A stretch of DNA of 64,000 nt, from assembly GCA_963709345.1 (NCBI GenBank), contig CAVPVX010000011.1:288001-352000 (forward strand). Direction: 5' to 3'. The position numbers were made by a program, and so were the translations under genes. Origin of the DNA: an uncultured Actinomycetes bacterium (GTDB lineage Bacteria > Actinomycetota > Thermoleophilia > UBA2241). Below are positions 41,401 through 53,130 of the stretch, in pieces (position 1 is the first letter of the stretch; every line of letters starts with the position of its first letter). The notes beneath the pieces are model-generated. The model did not search any database, was not told the origin of the DNA, and saw only the letters and a list, made by a program, of their open reading frames with translations.

Positions 41401-42551
41401 GCTACCATCTGATATGGGACGTCCTCGCAGGATCCCGACGCGAAGAATCCGGGAAGGACTTCCTCCTGCGCGAAGCGCCGGGACTCCTCGGTCAGAAACT
41501 CCGTCGACCGCCGCCCCAGGACTTCTTCGGCGCTGTAGCCGAGGCGTTGAAGCCAGCGATCGCTCACGCTCAGCAGACGACCCTGGGCGTCGATCGAGTG
41601 GAGCATCACCGGCGTTCTCAGATACAGGGTCCGGTACTTCTCCTCGCTCTCGCGCAGCGCCTCGCCGGCGCGCTTACCTTCGGTGACGTCGCGCACGATG
41701 AGGAGCATCTCGCCGTTATCCCGCGGCACGTGCCGCACCTCGTCGTACCGGATGGAGGCGGGCGTGGCCCTCGTCACCTCCGCCGTCACCGGTTTGCCGG
41801 TGGCTCGCGCGAGGGCGACCGCCTGCCGGATCCTCGCTGCTGCGTCCCCGGGCAGGTCCTTCCACGGCAGGTTGCCGGGCGACGCCGCGGCCAGATGGCC
41901 GGGATCGTGCGCCGCGGCATGCCGGCCGCCGACGACCCGCGCCACCGTATCGTCGGCGTTCAGATACAGATAGGTGTCGGGCAGCGTCTCTACGATGCCC
42001 CGGACGCCTGCCGCCGCGTCTCGCACGGCGTCCTTCATCTCCTTGAGAGTGGTCAGGTCGACGATCGTGGCGACCACGGCCTCGAGGGCGCCCGCGCTGC
42101 TCGTCAGCGGCTCTACGGCCACCTGCACCCAGGTCGACGGCAGTCCGTCGTCCCACGCCAGCTCGAGCACGATGCCGTCGACAGGCTGCCCCGTGCGCAC
42201 GGCGTCGAGAAGGCCGGCTGCGGCGAGGTCGGCGGGCGTTCCGTCTTCGGAGACCACGGCGCCACGCCACTCGGGGATGTCGACGGCGAGGCTGCCGACG
42301 ACGCGATCGCGCGTGACTCGCAGAAGCGTCGCGGCCCGCCGGTTCAGGTCGATGATGCGGCCGGACGGGTCGCACACGACGATCGCGGCGGCGACCGCGT
42401 CGACCGTCACGGATGCGGTCGGATGCCCCGCCGGCTCCGCCGACGGGTGGTCGCGGCCCGATGAAGCAGCCGCCGCGGCCTGAGTCTCGCCCCGCGCGGC
42501 CGGCTTCCTGCTTTCCGGTGTCCCGGTCGCGTCTTTGTGCTTCCTCGTCAT
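38409..42551 (-). CDS. Seven-PAS sensor with degenerate GGDEF and intact EAL domain (c-di-GMP phosphodiesterase)
   Basis: Repeated PAS/PAC ending DVT; [10 protein letters not shown]; GAGRY in place of GGDEF; [26 protein letters not shown]. Confidence 0.92.
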   Translation of the reverse strand: MTRKHKDATGTPESRKPAARGETQAAAAASSGRDHPSAEPAGHPTASVTVDAVAAAIVVCDPSGRIIDLNRRAATLLRVTRDRVVGSLAVDIPEWRGAVVSEDGTPADLAAAGLLDAVRTGQPVDGIVLELAWDDGLPSTWVQVAVEPLTSSAGALEAVVATIVDLTTLKEMKDAVRDAAAGVRGIVETLPDTYLYLNADDTVARVVGGRHAAAHDPGHLAAASPGNLPWKDLPGDAAARIRQAVALARATGKPVTAEVTRATPASIRYDEVRHVPRDNGEMLLIVRDVTEGKRAGEALRESEEKYRTLYLRTPVMLHSIDAQGRLLSVSDRWLQRLGYSAEEVLGRRSTEFLTEESRRFAQEEVLPGFFASGSCEDVPYQMVARDGASVDVLLSATAERDSGGRVIRSLAVLVDVTEQRRAERERGLADARAAEGERAMKTLLENVPGMAYRCLNDRGWTMMVLSDGCTELTGYRPEELIGGDAVSYADLPHPADAETIWSTVQEALAARAPWTTTYRISTKDGREKWVWERGVGVFDDAGDLQHLEGFVTDVTDLHEAEAALRVREEMLSGLVASLPGAAYRSAIQGPRGTTFLSEGCRALTGYGPEEFTGGAVSWKQIVHPDDLQFVVDDMRRDLTAGSPGSQTEHRIVTRDGAVRWVLDSGVFIADEAGRPAEIVGMIIDVTRLHEAQDAQAETERRLRSLLSTIPGWLYRAQTRSPWADEFIVGGDQSLTGYTPEQLMAPDFEWEKVVHPEDIHLLEDSALDSLESGRGEAEYRIRSANGEERWVWDRFALIRDADGSPLAQEGILLDVTDRHRAESALRESEQRYRTLVDGLPVGVFRYDRELTFLEGNAAFDAAAGCSPRHYAGASIRTTIADLRPLPALEAALEGREGIYEGPYRTTAGDRELWITLKAVPLHDADGAVIGGTAVLVDRTEQKTADERLQSLSLHDPVTGLANRTLLEDRSRQALKHAGRKRLSFAVATLQLDRFDTLVSSLGHDATDDLLGEVGRRLQRAGRAEDTLAHFGAGRYALLLPGAAGPNEASTALGKLVAAVGQPIHVGQHELYLTVSLGVAVYPADGVTADELLRNAASALRMASDAGGHCWRFFHVGMNAERADHLALEGELHHALEAGQFFLEYQPVVDAASGQITSVEALLRWRHPERGVIAPLDFIPSAEECGVLLPIGAWVLIEACRQGRAWQRQLGRPLRMGVNISARQLHDESLVDTVRRALRSTRFDAHSLELEITETAAMRDPRHTAQVLGALRAMAVRIALDDFGTGYSSLSHLVRLPISTVKIDRSFIHDLSNVPEHAAVAASVITLGHRLRLTVVAEGVETPGELGVLRDESCDAIQGFLYSRPLPANECGRLLEAGPILR

Positions 42552-42687
42552 CGTCCCCTCGCGGCCACCGCCCTGGCAGCAGTCTGCCCAAACGGCCGCC
42601 TCCCACGCACGTGCTCTGCACGGACGGTATCGGCGGGTGGGCATCCGGGCTGAAGCGGTTCGCGGATTCCGGTACACTACCTCGGTC

Positions 42688-43848
42688 ATGAGTACCACCG
42701 CCTCAGAAGCACTCGTCCACCTGGACTCGCTCCGCGAGCGTCTCAAGGAAGCCTCCGGGCGCCTGGGATGGCTGCGGAGCTATCTTGACCCGCCAGGGCT
42801 GACAGAGCAGATCGAGGCGCTCGAAGAGCGCATGCGCGCCCCCGGCTTCTGGGACGACCAGCAACAGGCCCCGAGGATCTCCGCCGAGTACAGCCGGGCC
42901 AAGAGGCGCCTTGCCGACTTCGCCGATCTCGAAGGCCGCTTCGCCGATCTCGAATCCACCGAGGAGCTGCTGCGTGAGGATCTGAGCGGCGACGCCGTGG
43001 ACGACGAGCTCCTGCAGGAGCTCGTGAGCGGCGTCGCCGAGCTCGAGGCCGACCTGCAGCGCGGGGAAGAGCTGCGCTTCTTCAGCGGCAAGTACGACGA
43101 GGGTGGCGCGATACTCACCATCCACCCCGGCGCCGGCGGCACGGAGTCCCAGGACTGGGCCGAGATGCTGCTGCGCATGTACCTGCGCTGGTTCGAGCGC
43201 CGCGGCTTCAGCGTCGAGGTCAACGATTCGCAAGAGGGCGACGAGGCGGGCCTCAAGAGCGCCACGCTCACCGTGGAGGGCGAGAACGTTTACGGTCTGC
43301 TGCAGTCCGAGAAGGGCGTGCACCGGCTCGTGCGCATGAGCCCGTTCGACTCGGCCAACCGGCGGCACACCAGCTTCGTCTCGGTCGATGCATCGCCGCT
43401 GGTCAGCGACGACGTCGAGGTGGAGATCGACGACGACGACCTGCGCATCGACACGTACCGGTCCAGCGGCGCCGGCGGGCAGCACGTCAACAAGACGAGC
43501 TCCGCGATCCGCATCACGCACCTGCCCACCAACATCGTGGTGCAGTGCCAGAACGAACGCTCGCAACTGCAGAACAAGACCGTGGCGATGCACATGCTGA
43601 AGTCCAAGCTGGTGGAGCTCGAGGAGCGCCACCTGGCGGAAGAGCTGGCGCGTGAGCGCGGCGAGGTGCTCAACGTCGACTTCGGCAGCCAGATCCGCAG
43701 TTACGTGCTGCATCCCTACCAGATGGTGAAGGACCTGCGCACGGGGCACGAGGTCGGCAACACCCAAGCTGTGCTCGACGGCGATCTCGACGGCTTCGTG
43801 CACGCGTACCTCGTGTGGCGCGCCGGCGGGAGCGAGCCGCGCAAGTAG
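42688..43848 (+). CDS. prfB: Peptide chain release factor 2 (in-frame as assembled)
   Basis: SPF anticodon tripeptide, GGQ, YLD junction motif. Confidence 0.96.
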   Translation: MSTTASEALVHLDSLRERLKEASGRLGWLRSYLDPPGLTEQIEALEERMRAPGFWDDQQQAPRISAEYSRAKRRLADFADLEGRFADLESTEELLREDLSGDAVDDELLQELVSGVAELEADLQRGEELRFFSGKYDEGGAILTIHPGAGGTESQDWAEMLLRMYLRWFERRGFSVEVNDSQEGDEAGLKSATLTVEGENVYGLLQSEKGVHRLVRMSPFDSANRRHTSFVSVDASPLVSDDVEVEIDDDDLRIDTYRSSGAGGQHVNKTSSAIRITHLPTNIVVQCQNERSQLQNKTVAMHMLKSKLVELEERHLAEELARERGEVLNVDFGSQIRSYVLHPYQMVKDLRTGHEVGNTQAVLDGDLDGFVHAYLVWRAGGSEPRK

Positions 43849-43850
43849 TC

Positions 43851-44645
43851 GTGTCGCCGCCCGGGGACTATCACGTCCACACGCGGTTCTCCGACGGGGA
43901 GGGTGAGCCGGCCGACTGCGTCGAGAGGGCGCTGGCGCTCGGCCTCCCGGAGATCGGCATCACCGACCACCTCACGCCCGCGGTCCTCCAGGCCGACGGC
44001 GACTGGAGCCTCGCTCGTGAGTGCATGGATGAGTACGTCGCCGCCGTGCGGGCCGCCGCCGCGCGCTTCCCCGGCATCACCGTGCTGCTCGGCGTCGAGG
44101 CGGATTACGTGCCGGGTGCGGAGGACGAGCTCGCCGAGATGCTGGGCGCCCACCCCTTCGACTACGTCATCGGTGGGCTGCACTACGTCGACGGCTTCTC
44201 GTTCGACGAGCCGGCCACCCGCGACGACCCTCTCTGGGACGACGCCGCTTCGCTGTACCGCCGTTACTACGCGCTGATCGCCGGCGCCGCCGCGTCCGGA
44301 CTCTTCGACGTCATCGCGCACCTGGACTACGTGATGCTGTGGGGACGTCGTTCGGCGGTCGACATCTCGGCAGCCGAAGATGCGGCGCTCGCCGCGCTGG
44401 CGACCCACGGGATCGCCATCGAGCTCAATACGACGGGTACGCTGGAGCCGGCCGGCCTCATGCACCCCGCGCCTGACCTGCTGGTGCATGCGTGCCGGTT
44501 GGGCATCCCCCTCGTCTTCGGTTCGGATGCTCACCAGGTGGACCAGGTGGGATGGCGGTTCGACGCCGCAGTAGGGTTGGCGCGGCAGGCCGGGTACCAT
44601 GCCAGCCTGGAGCTCTCCTCGAGGAAGCAGAGCCCGTTGGGATGA
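43851..44645 (+). CDS. PHP-family histidinol-phosphatase (HisJ/HisK-like)
   Basis: DYHVH, TDH, GVE, AHLD, E.N, GSDAH. Confidence 0.85.
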   Translation: MSPPGDYHVHTRFSDGEGEPADCVERALALGLPEIGITDHLTPAVLQADGDWSLARECMDEYVAAVRAAAARFPGITVLLGVEADYVPGAEDELAEMLGAHPFDYVIGGLHYVDGFSFDEPATRDDPLWDDAASLYRRYYALIAGAAASGLFDVIAHLDYVMLWGRRSAVDISAAEDAALAALATHGIAIELNTTGTLEPAGLMHPAPDLLVHACRLGIPLVFGSDAHQVDQVGWRFDAAVGLARQAGYHASLELSSRKQSPLG

Positions 44646-44700
44646 AGCCGTCGCGTCGACTGGGCGTCTGCCGACCGGCCGCCGGGGGTTTGGCCGGCCG

Positions 44701-45077
44701 TCAGTCGGCGCCGACGGCGCCGAGGACCAAGTCCTGCAGACAGCTCGTGAACACGGACACGTACTCGTCTCGCACGACGCGCAGTCTCTCCTGCCAATCG
44801 CGTCCACGCGCCACATCTTGCTCATCACGAGCTTGGTGAACGCCTGGTATCGCTAGACGTACGTCAACTCAGCGTGCACCAGGGCGCGTAGAGTCTCGAC
44901 AGGCCCCTCCACGTCGCGGACCTCCTCGCGGATGCCGGCGGCCAGGTGCTGCAGGCCGTCGTGGAGCAGCGCGCTCACGATCTCGTCGACCGTCGTGCGC
45001 GCGTAGCCGTGTTCGCCGAACAACTCGATCGCCGCTCTGTACGACCGCTCGACGCTGTCGCCCTTGGCGTGCGCCAT
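44701..45077 (-). pseudogene. TetR-family regulator remnant
   Basis: AAIELF.E.GY..TTVDEI joined to VSALL (HTH deleted); internal TAG at 44853 and a frameshift near 44805. Confidence 0.7.
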
Positions 45078-45084
45078 CTGTCTT

Positions 45085-45420
45085 CCTCGCATCTCCGCTG
45101 CCGCCGCTTCCGACGTCTTGGCGGCGGCCGTTTCGACGCCGGTCGCCAAGCCGTCGGCTGCTCGTGCCGCCTGCGTGGCGCCGCTGTGCAGGGAGCTCGC
45201 ACCAGAGGAGAGCTCGCTCAGGCCAGTGCGAAGTGACTTGGCACCGGAGTCGGCGTCGCTCAGGTAGCCTGTGATGGTCTGTGACCCCGCGCCTTCATGG
45301 ATGGCTTGAGGCAGAGTGCGAACGGCTCGAGAACCGAGTCGACCTGCGCTTCGCCGGCTGCGCCCGTGGAACGCCAGCTCAGCCATGACCTGGTCGGCTT
45401 GGTAGCCCACTCTGCATCGC
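45085..45420 (-). pseudogene. YhgE/Pip-like heptad-repeat fragment
   Basis: SGAKSLRTGLSELSSGASSLHSGATQ (xxxLxxG heptads) upstream of the tetR remnant; boundaries approximate. Confidence 0.5.
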
Positions 45421-45517
45421 ACGCGAACGTGGCGCGAAACCGATCCCGAGGCGCTCACCCGGTGATAGGCTGCGACGCGTGTACGTCGGGGCCGGCCAGC
45501 GACGAGGAGGACGGCTG

Positions 45518-46075
45518 ATGAGGAACGTCGGGGAATCGGGGGAGGGGCGGCGGCCGGCGCTCACCGGTGACGTGGTTCGGATCCGGTCCGCCCGCGAGGG
45601 CGATGTCCCCGTGCTGCTGGCCATTCTGGACGAGCCCGAAGTCGCGCGCTGGTGGCGGCGGTCGGAATGGGAGCGGATCGATGAAATCGGAGCGGTCACC
45701 TTCGTGATCGAGGCGCCTCCGACGGCCGCCGCACCGGCGGCGTGCAGTAGCGTCGTCGGCTGCATCCAGTACACGGAGGAAGAGAGTCCGGAGTATCGCT
45801 CGGCCGCCGTCGATATCTTCGTCTCGGCGGCATGCCATGGGCGCGGCATAGGCCCCGACGCAATGCGTTCACTCATCACCTGGCTGATCGACGAACGCGG
45901 GCATCATCGTCTCACGGTCGATCCGGCGGCGGCGAACGCCCATGCCATCCACGTCTACGAGAAGCTGGGCTTCAGACCGGTGGGCGTGCTGCGGCAGTAT
46001 GAGCGCGTCGAGGACGGGGTCTGGCGTGACGCGCTCCTGATGGAGCTGCTGGCCGAGGAGTTCGTGCGCGCCTGA
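45518..46075 (+). CDS. GNAT acetyltransferase (AAC(6')-like subfamily)
   Basis: EVARWW, DIF, GRGIG, DP...N..AI..YEK.GF. Confidence 0.85.
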   Translation: MRNVGESGEGRRPALTGDVVRIRSAREGDVPVLLAILDEPEVARWWRRSEWERIDEIGAVTFVIEAPPTAAAPAACSSVVGCIQYTEEESPEYRSAAVDIFVSAACHGRGIGPDAMRSLITWLIDERGHHRLTVDPAAANAHAIHVYEKLGFRPVGVLRQYERVEDGVWRDALLMELLAEEFVRA

Positions 46076-46097
46076 GGCGCGCACGCCGCCGCAGGCG

Positions 46098-47082
46098 TCA
46101 GTCGTCCAGCGTGAACTCGGTGAGGAAGGTCGCAAGCGCGGCGAACTCCGTCTCGAGCTGCGACTCGAGCCTTCCCGGGTACCTCTGCTCGATGTAGCTC
46201 AGCGTGTCCTTCTTGGAGTGCCAGATGGCGCGGTCCTTGAAGGTGTTGAGGTACCCGTCTTTCGTCGCCGAGAAGCCAGTTCGTCGCTTCGAGGTAGAGG
46301 TAGGGGATGCCGGCCTTGCGGAACGCGACGTGGTCGCTCCAGTCGCCCGTGGTCCCGTAGGGGTGGTCGGCGTTGAGCCCGGGGCTCGTGAGGATGAAGG
46401 CGTCCGTCTGGCGCGCCACGCTGCGGAACGCGAGTTGCGGCCAGGGATCGTCCTTGCTGCTGTAGCAGTAGAGTCGGTCGCCGGTGGCCACGGAATCGAA
46501 GTTGATCATGAGCACGGTCTCGGCTTTGGTCTGGTCGCTCATCTCAGCGACGTAGTGCGCCGAGCCGCGGAGTCCCACCTCCTCGGCGCCGAAGGCGACG
46601 AAGACCAGGGTGTACGGGGTCGAGGCGTCGCGCAAGGCGTCTGCGAGCTGCATCATGAGTGCGACGCCGGTCGCGTTGTCGAAGGCCCCGCGGCCGGCCG
46701 AGACCGAGTCGTAGTGGGCGCCGATCACGATCTGCTCGGCGCTGGCGCCGGGCTTGACGGCGACGATGTTACGCGAGCTCCGGGAGGCGCTCCCGGCGCT
46801 GAAGGTGAAGTCCTGGGTGTCGGGCACGTAGCCGAGGTCGGTGAACCACTGCAGGATGCGTTCGCCGGCGCGGCGCTCACCGGATCTGCCGGCCACTCGC
46901 GGGCCGATCTCGTCGGTCAGTTCGGCCATGTACTCGTAGGCGTCGGTGCCGGCCGTCGGTCCAGCCATCGGCACGGTCTCTGCCGCGGCACGGGACGAGT
47001 GAGTCTGTACGGCGGCTATGCCGAGCGCGAGCAGCGTCGCCAGAGCGGCAGCGGCGACGACGGCGAAGATCCCCCTGCGCAT
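46098..47082 (-). CDS. Secreted M28 aminopeptidase (Iap-like); one frameshift near 46260
   Basis: Signal peptide, GAHYD, DNATG, AEE.G, SDH, EATNW.LG..DGY; last His ligand (IWH) lies in the shifted frame. Confidence 0.85.
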
Positions 47083-47167
47083 GGTCTCCCCCTCGAGAAG
47101 CGATAGCGATTCCGCCCTGCTTGTACACGTCGGGAGCGCTTCGGTCAATCTGCGGTAGCATGCGGTC

Positions 47168-48193
47168 ATGGACCGTGACCCCGTCGCCGGCGCTTCCGCC
47201 CCGCCGTATCCCAAGATCGAGCTGCACGTGCACCTCGAGGCGACGGTGCGACCGGAACGCCTGCTCGAGATCGCGCGCCGCAACGACGTTCGCCTGCCGG
47301 CGCGCACGCCCGGGGGGATGCGCCGCTTCTGCGCCTTCCGTGGGTTCGAGGAGTTCATCGGCGTGTGGATCAAGACGACCGGCGTCCTGCGGCACGGCCG
47401 GGATTTTCGTCAGATCGTCGTGGACTATGCCGGCGACCTCGCCGACCAGGGCTGCCGGTACGCCGAACCTCTCTTCTCCCCGTCCGAGCCGATGGCCCGC
47501 GGCGTCCCGTGGCAGGAGGTCTTCGAAGGCTACTGCGACGGCGCCGACGAGGCCCGCGAGCGGCACGGCGTCGAGATGCGCTTCACGCCGGACATCACGC
47601 GCGACTTCCCTCCCGAGATCGGCGAGCGCCTGGCGGAGTGGGCCGTGCGCTTCCGCGATCGCGGCGTCGCCGGCATCAGTCTCGGTGGGAGCGAAGACCG
47701 CTTTCCGCCCCAACTCTTCGAGCGGGCGTTCGCGATCGCCCGCGAGGGAGGGCTGAAGGCGGCCCCGCACGCCGGCGAGATGGCCGGTCCGGCATCGGTC
47801 CGGGCCGCGCTCGACGTGCTGCGTGCCGATCGCCTGCGCCACGGCATCCGCAGCGTCGAGGATCCTGCCCTCCTCGCCGAGGTCGCCGCGCGCGGCATCG
47901 TGTGTGACGTGACCCCGGTCAGCAACCTGCAGACCGGGGTCGTGAGCTCGCTGGAGGAGCACCCGCTGCCGACGATGCTGCGGGCAGGCGTGAAGTGCTC
48001 CATCTCGAGCGACGACCCGGTGCTCATGGGAACGTCGCTGACGCGCGACTGCGTCGTCGCCGTGGAACTGGGGCACACGCCGCGCGGCATGTACGAGGAC
48101 GCCCTCTCGGGCGCGTTCTGCGACGCCGACGCGCGAGAGCGGCTGCGCGCGGCCGGAGAGGCCTTCGACTGGACCGCGGTCGCGGCCGGGTAG
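47168..48193 (+). CDS. add: Adenosine/adenine deaminase
   Basis: PK.ELHVHLE, PHAGE, HG, SN, SSDDP. Confidence 0.9.
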   Translation: MDRDPVAGASAPPYPKIELHVHLEATVRPERLLEIARRNDVRLPARTPGGMRRFCAFRGFEEFIGVWIKTTGVLRHGRDFRQIVVDYAGDLADQGCRYAEPLFSPSEPMARGVPWQEVFEGYCDGADEARERHGVEMRFTPDITRDFPPEIGERLAEWAVRFRDRGVAGISLGGSEDRFPPQLFERAFAIAREGGLKAAPHAGEMAGPASVRAALDVLRADRLRHGIRSVEDPALLAEVAARGIVCDVTPVSNLQTGVVSSLEEHPLPTMLRAGVKCSISSDDPVLMGTSLTRDCVVAVELGHTPRGMYEDALSGAFCDADARERLRAAGEAFDWTAVAAG

Positions 48194-48212
48194 GTCGCCG
48201 GGCGGCGCCCGG

Positions 48213-48839
48213 CTACCGCGCGAGCAGGCCCTCCACGATGCCGTCGACCACGGCCGTCACCGCGGCGTCGACGGCCTTCGGGTCGTCCAGACGGCGCAGC
48301 GGACCGTCGACGAGCAGCGTCGCAAGCCCGTGGACCGCAGCCCACGCGGCGAGACCCAGATCCTCGACGTCGCGGGCGACGAAGCTCCCCCGCGCCACGC
48401 CGTCGGCGATGGCCTCGAGCAGCGGCATGTACGACGCTTCGCCGGCCGCCTCGAGGCGCTCGCCGCCGGCCCGACGCAGTTCCGGCCGGAACATGAGGCG
48501 AAAGCTTGCGGGATCCTCGATGGCGAAGCGCACATAGGCGGCGCCGAGCGCTCGGACGCGAGCCGTCGGGTCGTCCCGCGTGCTCGCGGCTGCGGCGCGC
48601 ATGCGCTCGCCGAGAGCGAGCAGGCTGCACTCGACCAGCGTGGCGATCAGCGTCGCCAGGTCGGCGAAGTGATGGTACGGGGCGGCGTGGCTCACGCCGG
48701 CGCGCCGCGCGACCCCGCGCATGCTCAGCCCCTCGAGGCCGCGCTCGTGAAGGATGTCCGCGGCTGCCGCGAGCAGCGCGGCGTGCAGGTCGCCGTGGTG
48801 GTATGTGTCTCGTGCCCTGCCGTCCGCCGGCGCGACCAT
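48213..48839 (-). CDS. TetR-family regulator (WHG-type C-terminus)
   Basis: YHHGDL, GVSHAAPYHHF, WAAVHG. Confidence 0.92.
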   Translation of the reverse strand: MVAPADGRARDTYHHGDLHAALLAAAADILHERGLEGLSMRGVARRAGVSHAAPYHHFADLATLIATLVECSLLALGERMRAAAASTRDDPTARVRALGAAYVRFAIEDPASFRLMFRPELRRAGGERLEAAGEASYMPLLEAIADGVARGSFVARDVEDLGLAAWAAVHGLATLLVDGPLRRLDDPKAVDAAVTAVVDGIVEGLLAR

Positions 48840-48859
48840 GTCACCTCGGTTCGCAGCAA

Positions 48860-48905
48860 ATGTTGACGGTGTCAAGATAACCGGGTATGTTACCAATGTC
48901 AAGAT
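48860..48905. promoter_or_regulatory. Two putative TetR operators in a divergent promoter
   Basis: ATGTTGACGGTGTCAAGAT (palindrome TTGAC-N3-GTCAA) and ATGTTACCAATGTCAAGAT, 27 bp apart. Confidence 0.7.
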
Positions 48906-48941
48906 GAAGTGCACGACGACGGTCGACGTCAGGGAGCAGTC

Positions 48942-49925
48942 ATGAGCGAAGACACACCGGGACTCGGGCAGGCGCAGGATCTCAACGTCGTACTGGGCGC
49001 GGGCGGGGGTACCGGCGGCGCCATCGTGCGCGAGTTGGTGGGGCAGGGCAGGCGCGTCCGTGCGGTGACGCGGCATGGAGCGACCAGCGCGAGCGCCGGG
49101 ACGCTCCCGCCCGCGTCGTACGAGGACGTCGCTGCCGACATCACAGACGTGAGCCAGCTGGCGCGTGCCGTCGCGGGCGCCACCGTCGTCTACCACGCGG
49201 CGCAGCCGTCCTACACGCGCTGGGCGCAGGAGTTCCCGGCGATGACGCGGGGCGTGCTGACGGCCGCCGCCGCCGCCGGGGCCAAGCTCGTGTTCGCCGA
49301 CAATCTGTACATGTACCCGCCGGTGGACGGCGCCATGGACGAGACGACGCCGGCGACCGGCCAGACGAAGAAGGGCAAGGTGCGCGCCGCCATGGCGGCC
49401 GAGTTGCTGGCGGCGCACCGCGAGGGTCGCCTGCGGGTCGCCATCGGCCGCTCCTCCGACTACTACGGCGCCTGGGGGCCGGGCTCGGCGGTCGGAGAGC
49501 GCTTCTTCAAGGCCGTGCTGGCCGGCAAGAAGGCGCAGTGGTTCGGCAGTCTCGATCAGCCACACACGCTCGGCTACCTCCCCGACATGGCTCGCGCGTT
49601 CGTCGTCCTCGGCGACCGCGAGGAGGCCGACGGGAGGGTCTGGCACACGCCGGCCGCGCCGGACATCACCGGGCGCGAGTTCGTCGAGCTCGCGGCGCGG
49701 GTCGCCGGAACGCCGGCGAGGCCCGTCGCACTGAGCGCGGGAGCGCTCAGACTACCGGGCATATTCATGCCCATCCTGCGCGAGTTCCCGGAGCTCATGT
49801 ACCAGTGGGAACGACCGTTCGTGAGCGACGCGAGCGCGTTCCCGGCCGCCTTCGGTCCCTTCACGCCGACGCCTCACGAGGAGGCGCTCGCCGCGACCAT
49901 CGCATGGTATCGGACGAGGCGGTGA
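48942..49925 (+). CDS. NAD-dependent epimerase/atypical SDR
   Basis: VLGAGGGTG, DNLYMY, KG.VR..M, R..DYYG. Confidence 0.88.
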   Translation: MSEDTPGLGQAQDLNVVLGAGGGTGGAIVRELVGQGRRVRAVTRHGATSASAGTLPPASYEDVAADITDVSQLARAVAGATVVYHAAQPSYTRWAQEFPAMTRGVLTAAAAAGAKLVFADNLYMYPPVDGAMDETTPATGQTKKGKVRAAMAAELLAAHREGRLRVAIGRSSDYYGAWGPGSAVGERFFKAVLAGKKAQWFGSLDQPHTLGYLPDMARAFVVLGDREEADGRVWHTPAAPDITGREFVELAARVAGTPARPVALSAGALRLPGIFMPILREFPELMYQWERPFVSDASAFPAAFGPFTPTPHEEALAATIAWYRTRR

Positions 49926-49960
49926 AGCGGACCGACGCCGATACGTCGTCGCCCGCCGCC

Positions 49961-49989
49961 TTGCTCTGGTAATCCAGACCTGCTAAGGT
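49961..49989 (+). promoter_or_regulatory. Promoter of DEAD-box helicase
   Basis: TTGCTC-17 bp-TAAGGT with TGn extension. Confidence 0.5.
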
Positions 49990-50117
49990 GGCTTTCAGAC
50001 GACGGGAGCCGGTTCTCCCGCCCAGGCGCCACGCGCCGGGCTTTCCTCCCGCAGCAGACCCCAGACATTGTGACTACCGGGCAGTGTTCTGAATTGAAAG
50101 GAACACAAGTCCGTACC

Positions 50118-51992
<1,875 letters not shown>

Positions 51993-52004
51993 TCCTGCGA
52001 TAGT

Positions 52005-52053
52005 GCGCCGGAGGGGCGGCGGGCGGCGAGCCCGCCGCCCCTCCGGCGCTTCT
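52005..52053 (+). terminator. Terminator-like hairpin after helicase
   Basis: Perfect 20-bp inverted repeat GCGCCGGAGGGGCGGCGGGC, then TTCT. Confidence 0.7.
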
Positions 52054-52109
52054 GCTCCCCCGCACTTCTGCCCTCCGGCGGCGCCGGCTGGCACGCTTGG
52101 CGTCGCCTT

Positions 52110-52118
52110 TGCTATACT
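52110..52118 (+). promoter_or_regulatory. Extended -10 of tRNA-Val
   Basis: TGcTATACT 13 nt before the tRNA. Confidence 0.65.
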
Positions 52119-52131
52119 GCCGTCTCTGCGT

Positions 52132-52207
52132 GGGCGACTAGCTCAGTTGGGAGAGCGCCTGCTCGACAAGCAGGAGGTCGTTGGTTCAATTCCAACGTCG
52201 CCCACCA
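52132..52207 (+). tRNA. tRNA-Val(GAC)
   Basis: GGGCGAC/GTCGCCC acceptor, CCTGC-tcGACaa-GCAGG anticodon arm, GGTTCAATTCC T arm, encoded CCA; 76 nt. Confidence 0.97.
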
Positions 52208-52253
52208 CTTCGTTCCGCCGCGTGACCGGCGGCTCTGCGCGAGAGGCTCGCGC

Positions 52254-52298
52254 CGCGATGAGGCTCGCGTTACGCGCACCGGCGCTGATGGCTTCTGC
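52254..52298 (+). ncRNA. Fluoride riboswitch (crcB motif)
   Basis: CGCGATGAGGCTCGCG..GCGC-ACCG-GCGC-TGATGGCTTCTGC fits the P1/P3/pseudoknot consensus; directly upstream of crcB. Confidence 0.88.
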
Positions 52299-52322
52299 CC
52301 TTCCGGGCGGGAGCCATTTCTC
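52288..52322 (+). terminator. Riboswitch expression-platform terminator
   Basis: ATGGCTTCTGCCC-TTCC-GGGCGGGAGCCAT then TTCTC; left arm overlaps the aptamer pseudoknot strand. Confidence 0.75.
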
Positions 52323-52344
52323 GTTCCGGGTCTGAATCGAGACG

Positions 52345-52734
52345 ATGGAGGACCGCGTGGCCACTCGACTACTCCTGCTCATGGCCGCCGGCGCCGTGGG
52401 AACGCTGTGCAGGTACGGTCTCTCCGGCGTCGTGCACGCCGGGCTCGGCGCCCGTCTTCCCTGGGGTACGCTGGTCGTGAACCTGGCCGGGTGCCTCATC
52501 GCAGGACTTCTCTTCGGGCTCTTCGAGAGTCGCTGGGCGCTGAGCGGCGAGGCGCGCATCGTCATCTTCATCGGCTTCCTGGGGGCGTTCACCACGTTCT
52601 CCGGATTCATGCTGGAGACGTCGGAACTGGTGCGCGACGCGCAGTGGGTGGGCGCCGCGGGTAACCTGGCGCTGCAGAACGGCCTGGGCGCCGTGGCCAT
52701 GTACGGAGGCCTCGTGGCCTCGCGACTGGTGTAG
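52345..52734 (+). CDS. crcB: Fluoride channel Fluc
   Basis: GA.G...RY, PWGTL.VN..G, GFLGAFTTFS. Confidence 0.95.
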   Translation: MEDRVATRLLLLMAAGAVGTLCRYGLSGVVHAGLGARLPWGTLVVNLAGCLIAGLLFGLFESRWALSGEARIVIFIGFLGAFTTFSGFMLETSELVRDAQWVGAAGNLALQNGLGAVAMYGGLVASRLV

Positions 52735-52747
52735 GGGAGGGGGAGCG

Positions 52748-53098
52748 ATGCATCTGCCCGAGTATGCGGAGCTGCTGCGCGTCTTCATCGGCGACAGCGA
52801 CCGCCATCACGGAAAGCCGCTGTACGAGGCGATCGTGGAGGCGGCGCGCAAGCAGCACCTCGCCGGCGCCACCGTGCTGCGCGGCTACGTCGGGTACGGC
52901 GCCCACAGCCGCATCCACACGGCCAAGATCCTGCGCCTCTCCGAGGATCTGCCGATCGTCGTCGAGATCGTGGACGCTCCGGAGAAGATCGACGCCTTTC
53001 TGCCCGTGCTGGACGAGATGATGGCCGAGGGCATGGTCACCGTGGAGCAGATCAAGGTGATCACCTACCGGCATCACGCCGGCGACGAGAACGCGTGA
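52748..53098 (+). CDS. DUF190 PII-like protein
   Basis: LLRVFIG.SD, AGATV.RG..GYG, LSEDLP. Confidence 0.9.
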   Translation: MHLPEYAELLRVFIGDSDRHHGKPLYEAIVEAARKQHLAGATVLRGYVGYGAHSRIHTAKILRLSEDLPIVVEIVDAPEKIDAFLPVLDEMMAEGMVTVEQIKVITYRHHAGDENA

Positions 53099-53130
53099 CC
53101 CGGGGCGCCGCCGGCGCCCCGCACGGTGCG

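Noticed and set aside
45518-46075. Acquired aminoglycoside resistance gene
   Set aside because: Only family-level GNAT similarity; no mobile context or GC shift
52132-53100. Integrative element at tRNA-Val
   Set aside because: No integrase and no duplicated tRNA 3' end seen in the window
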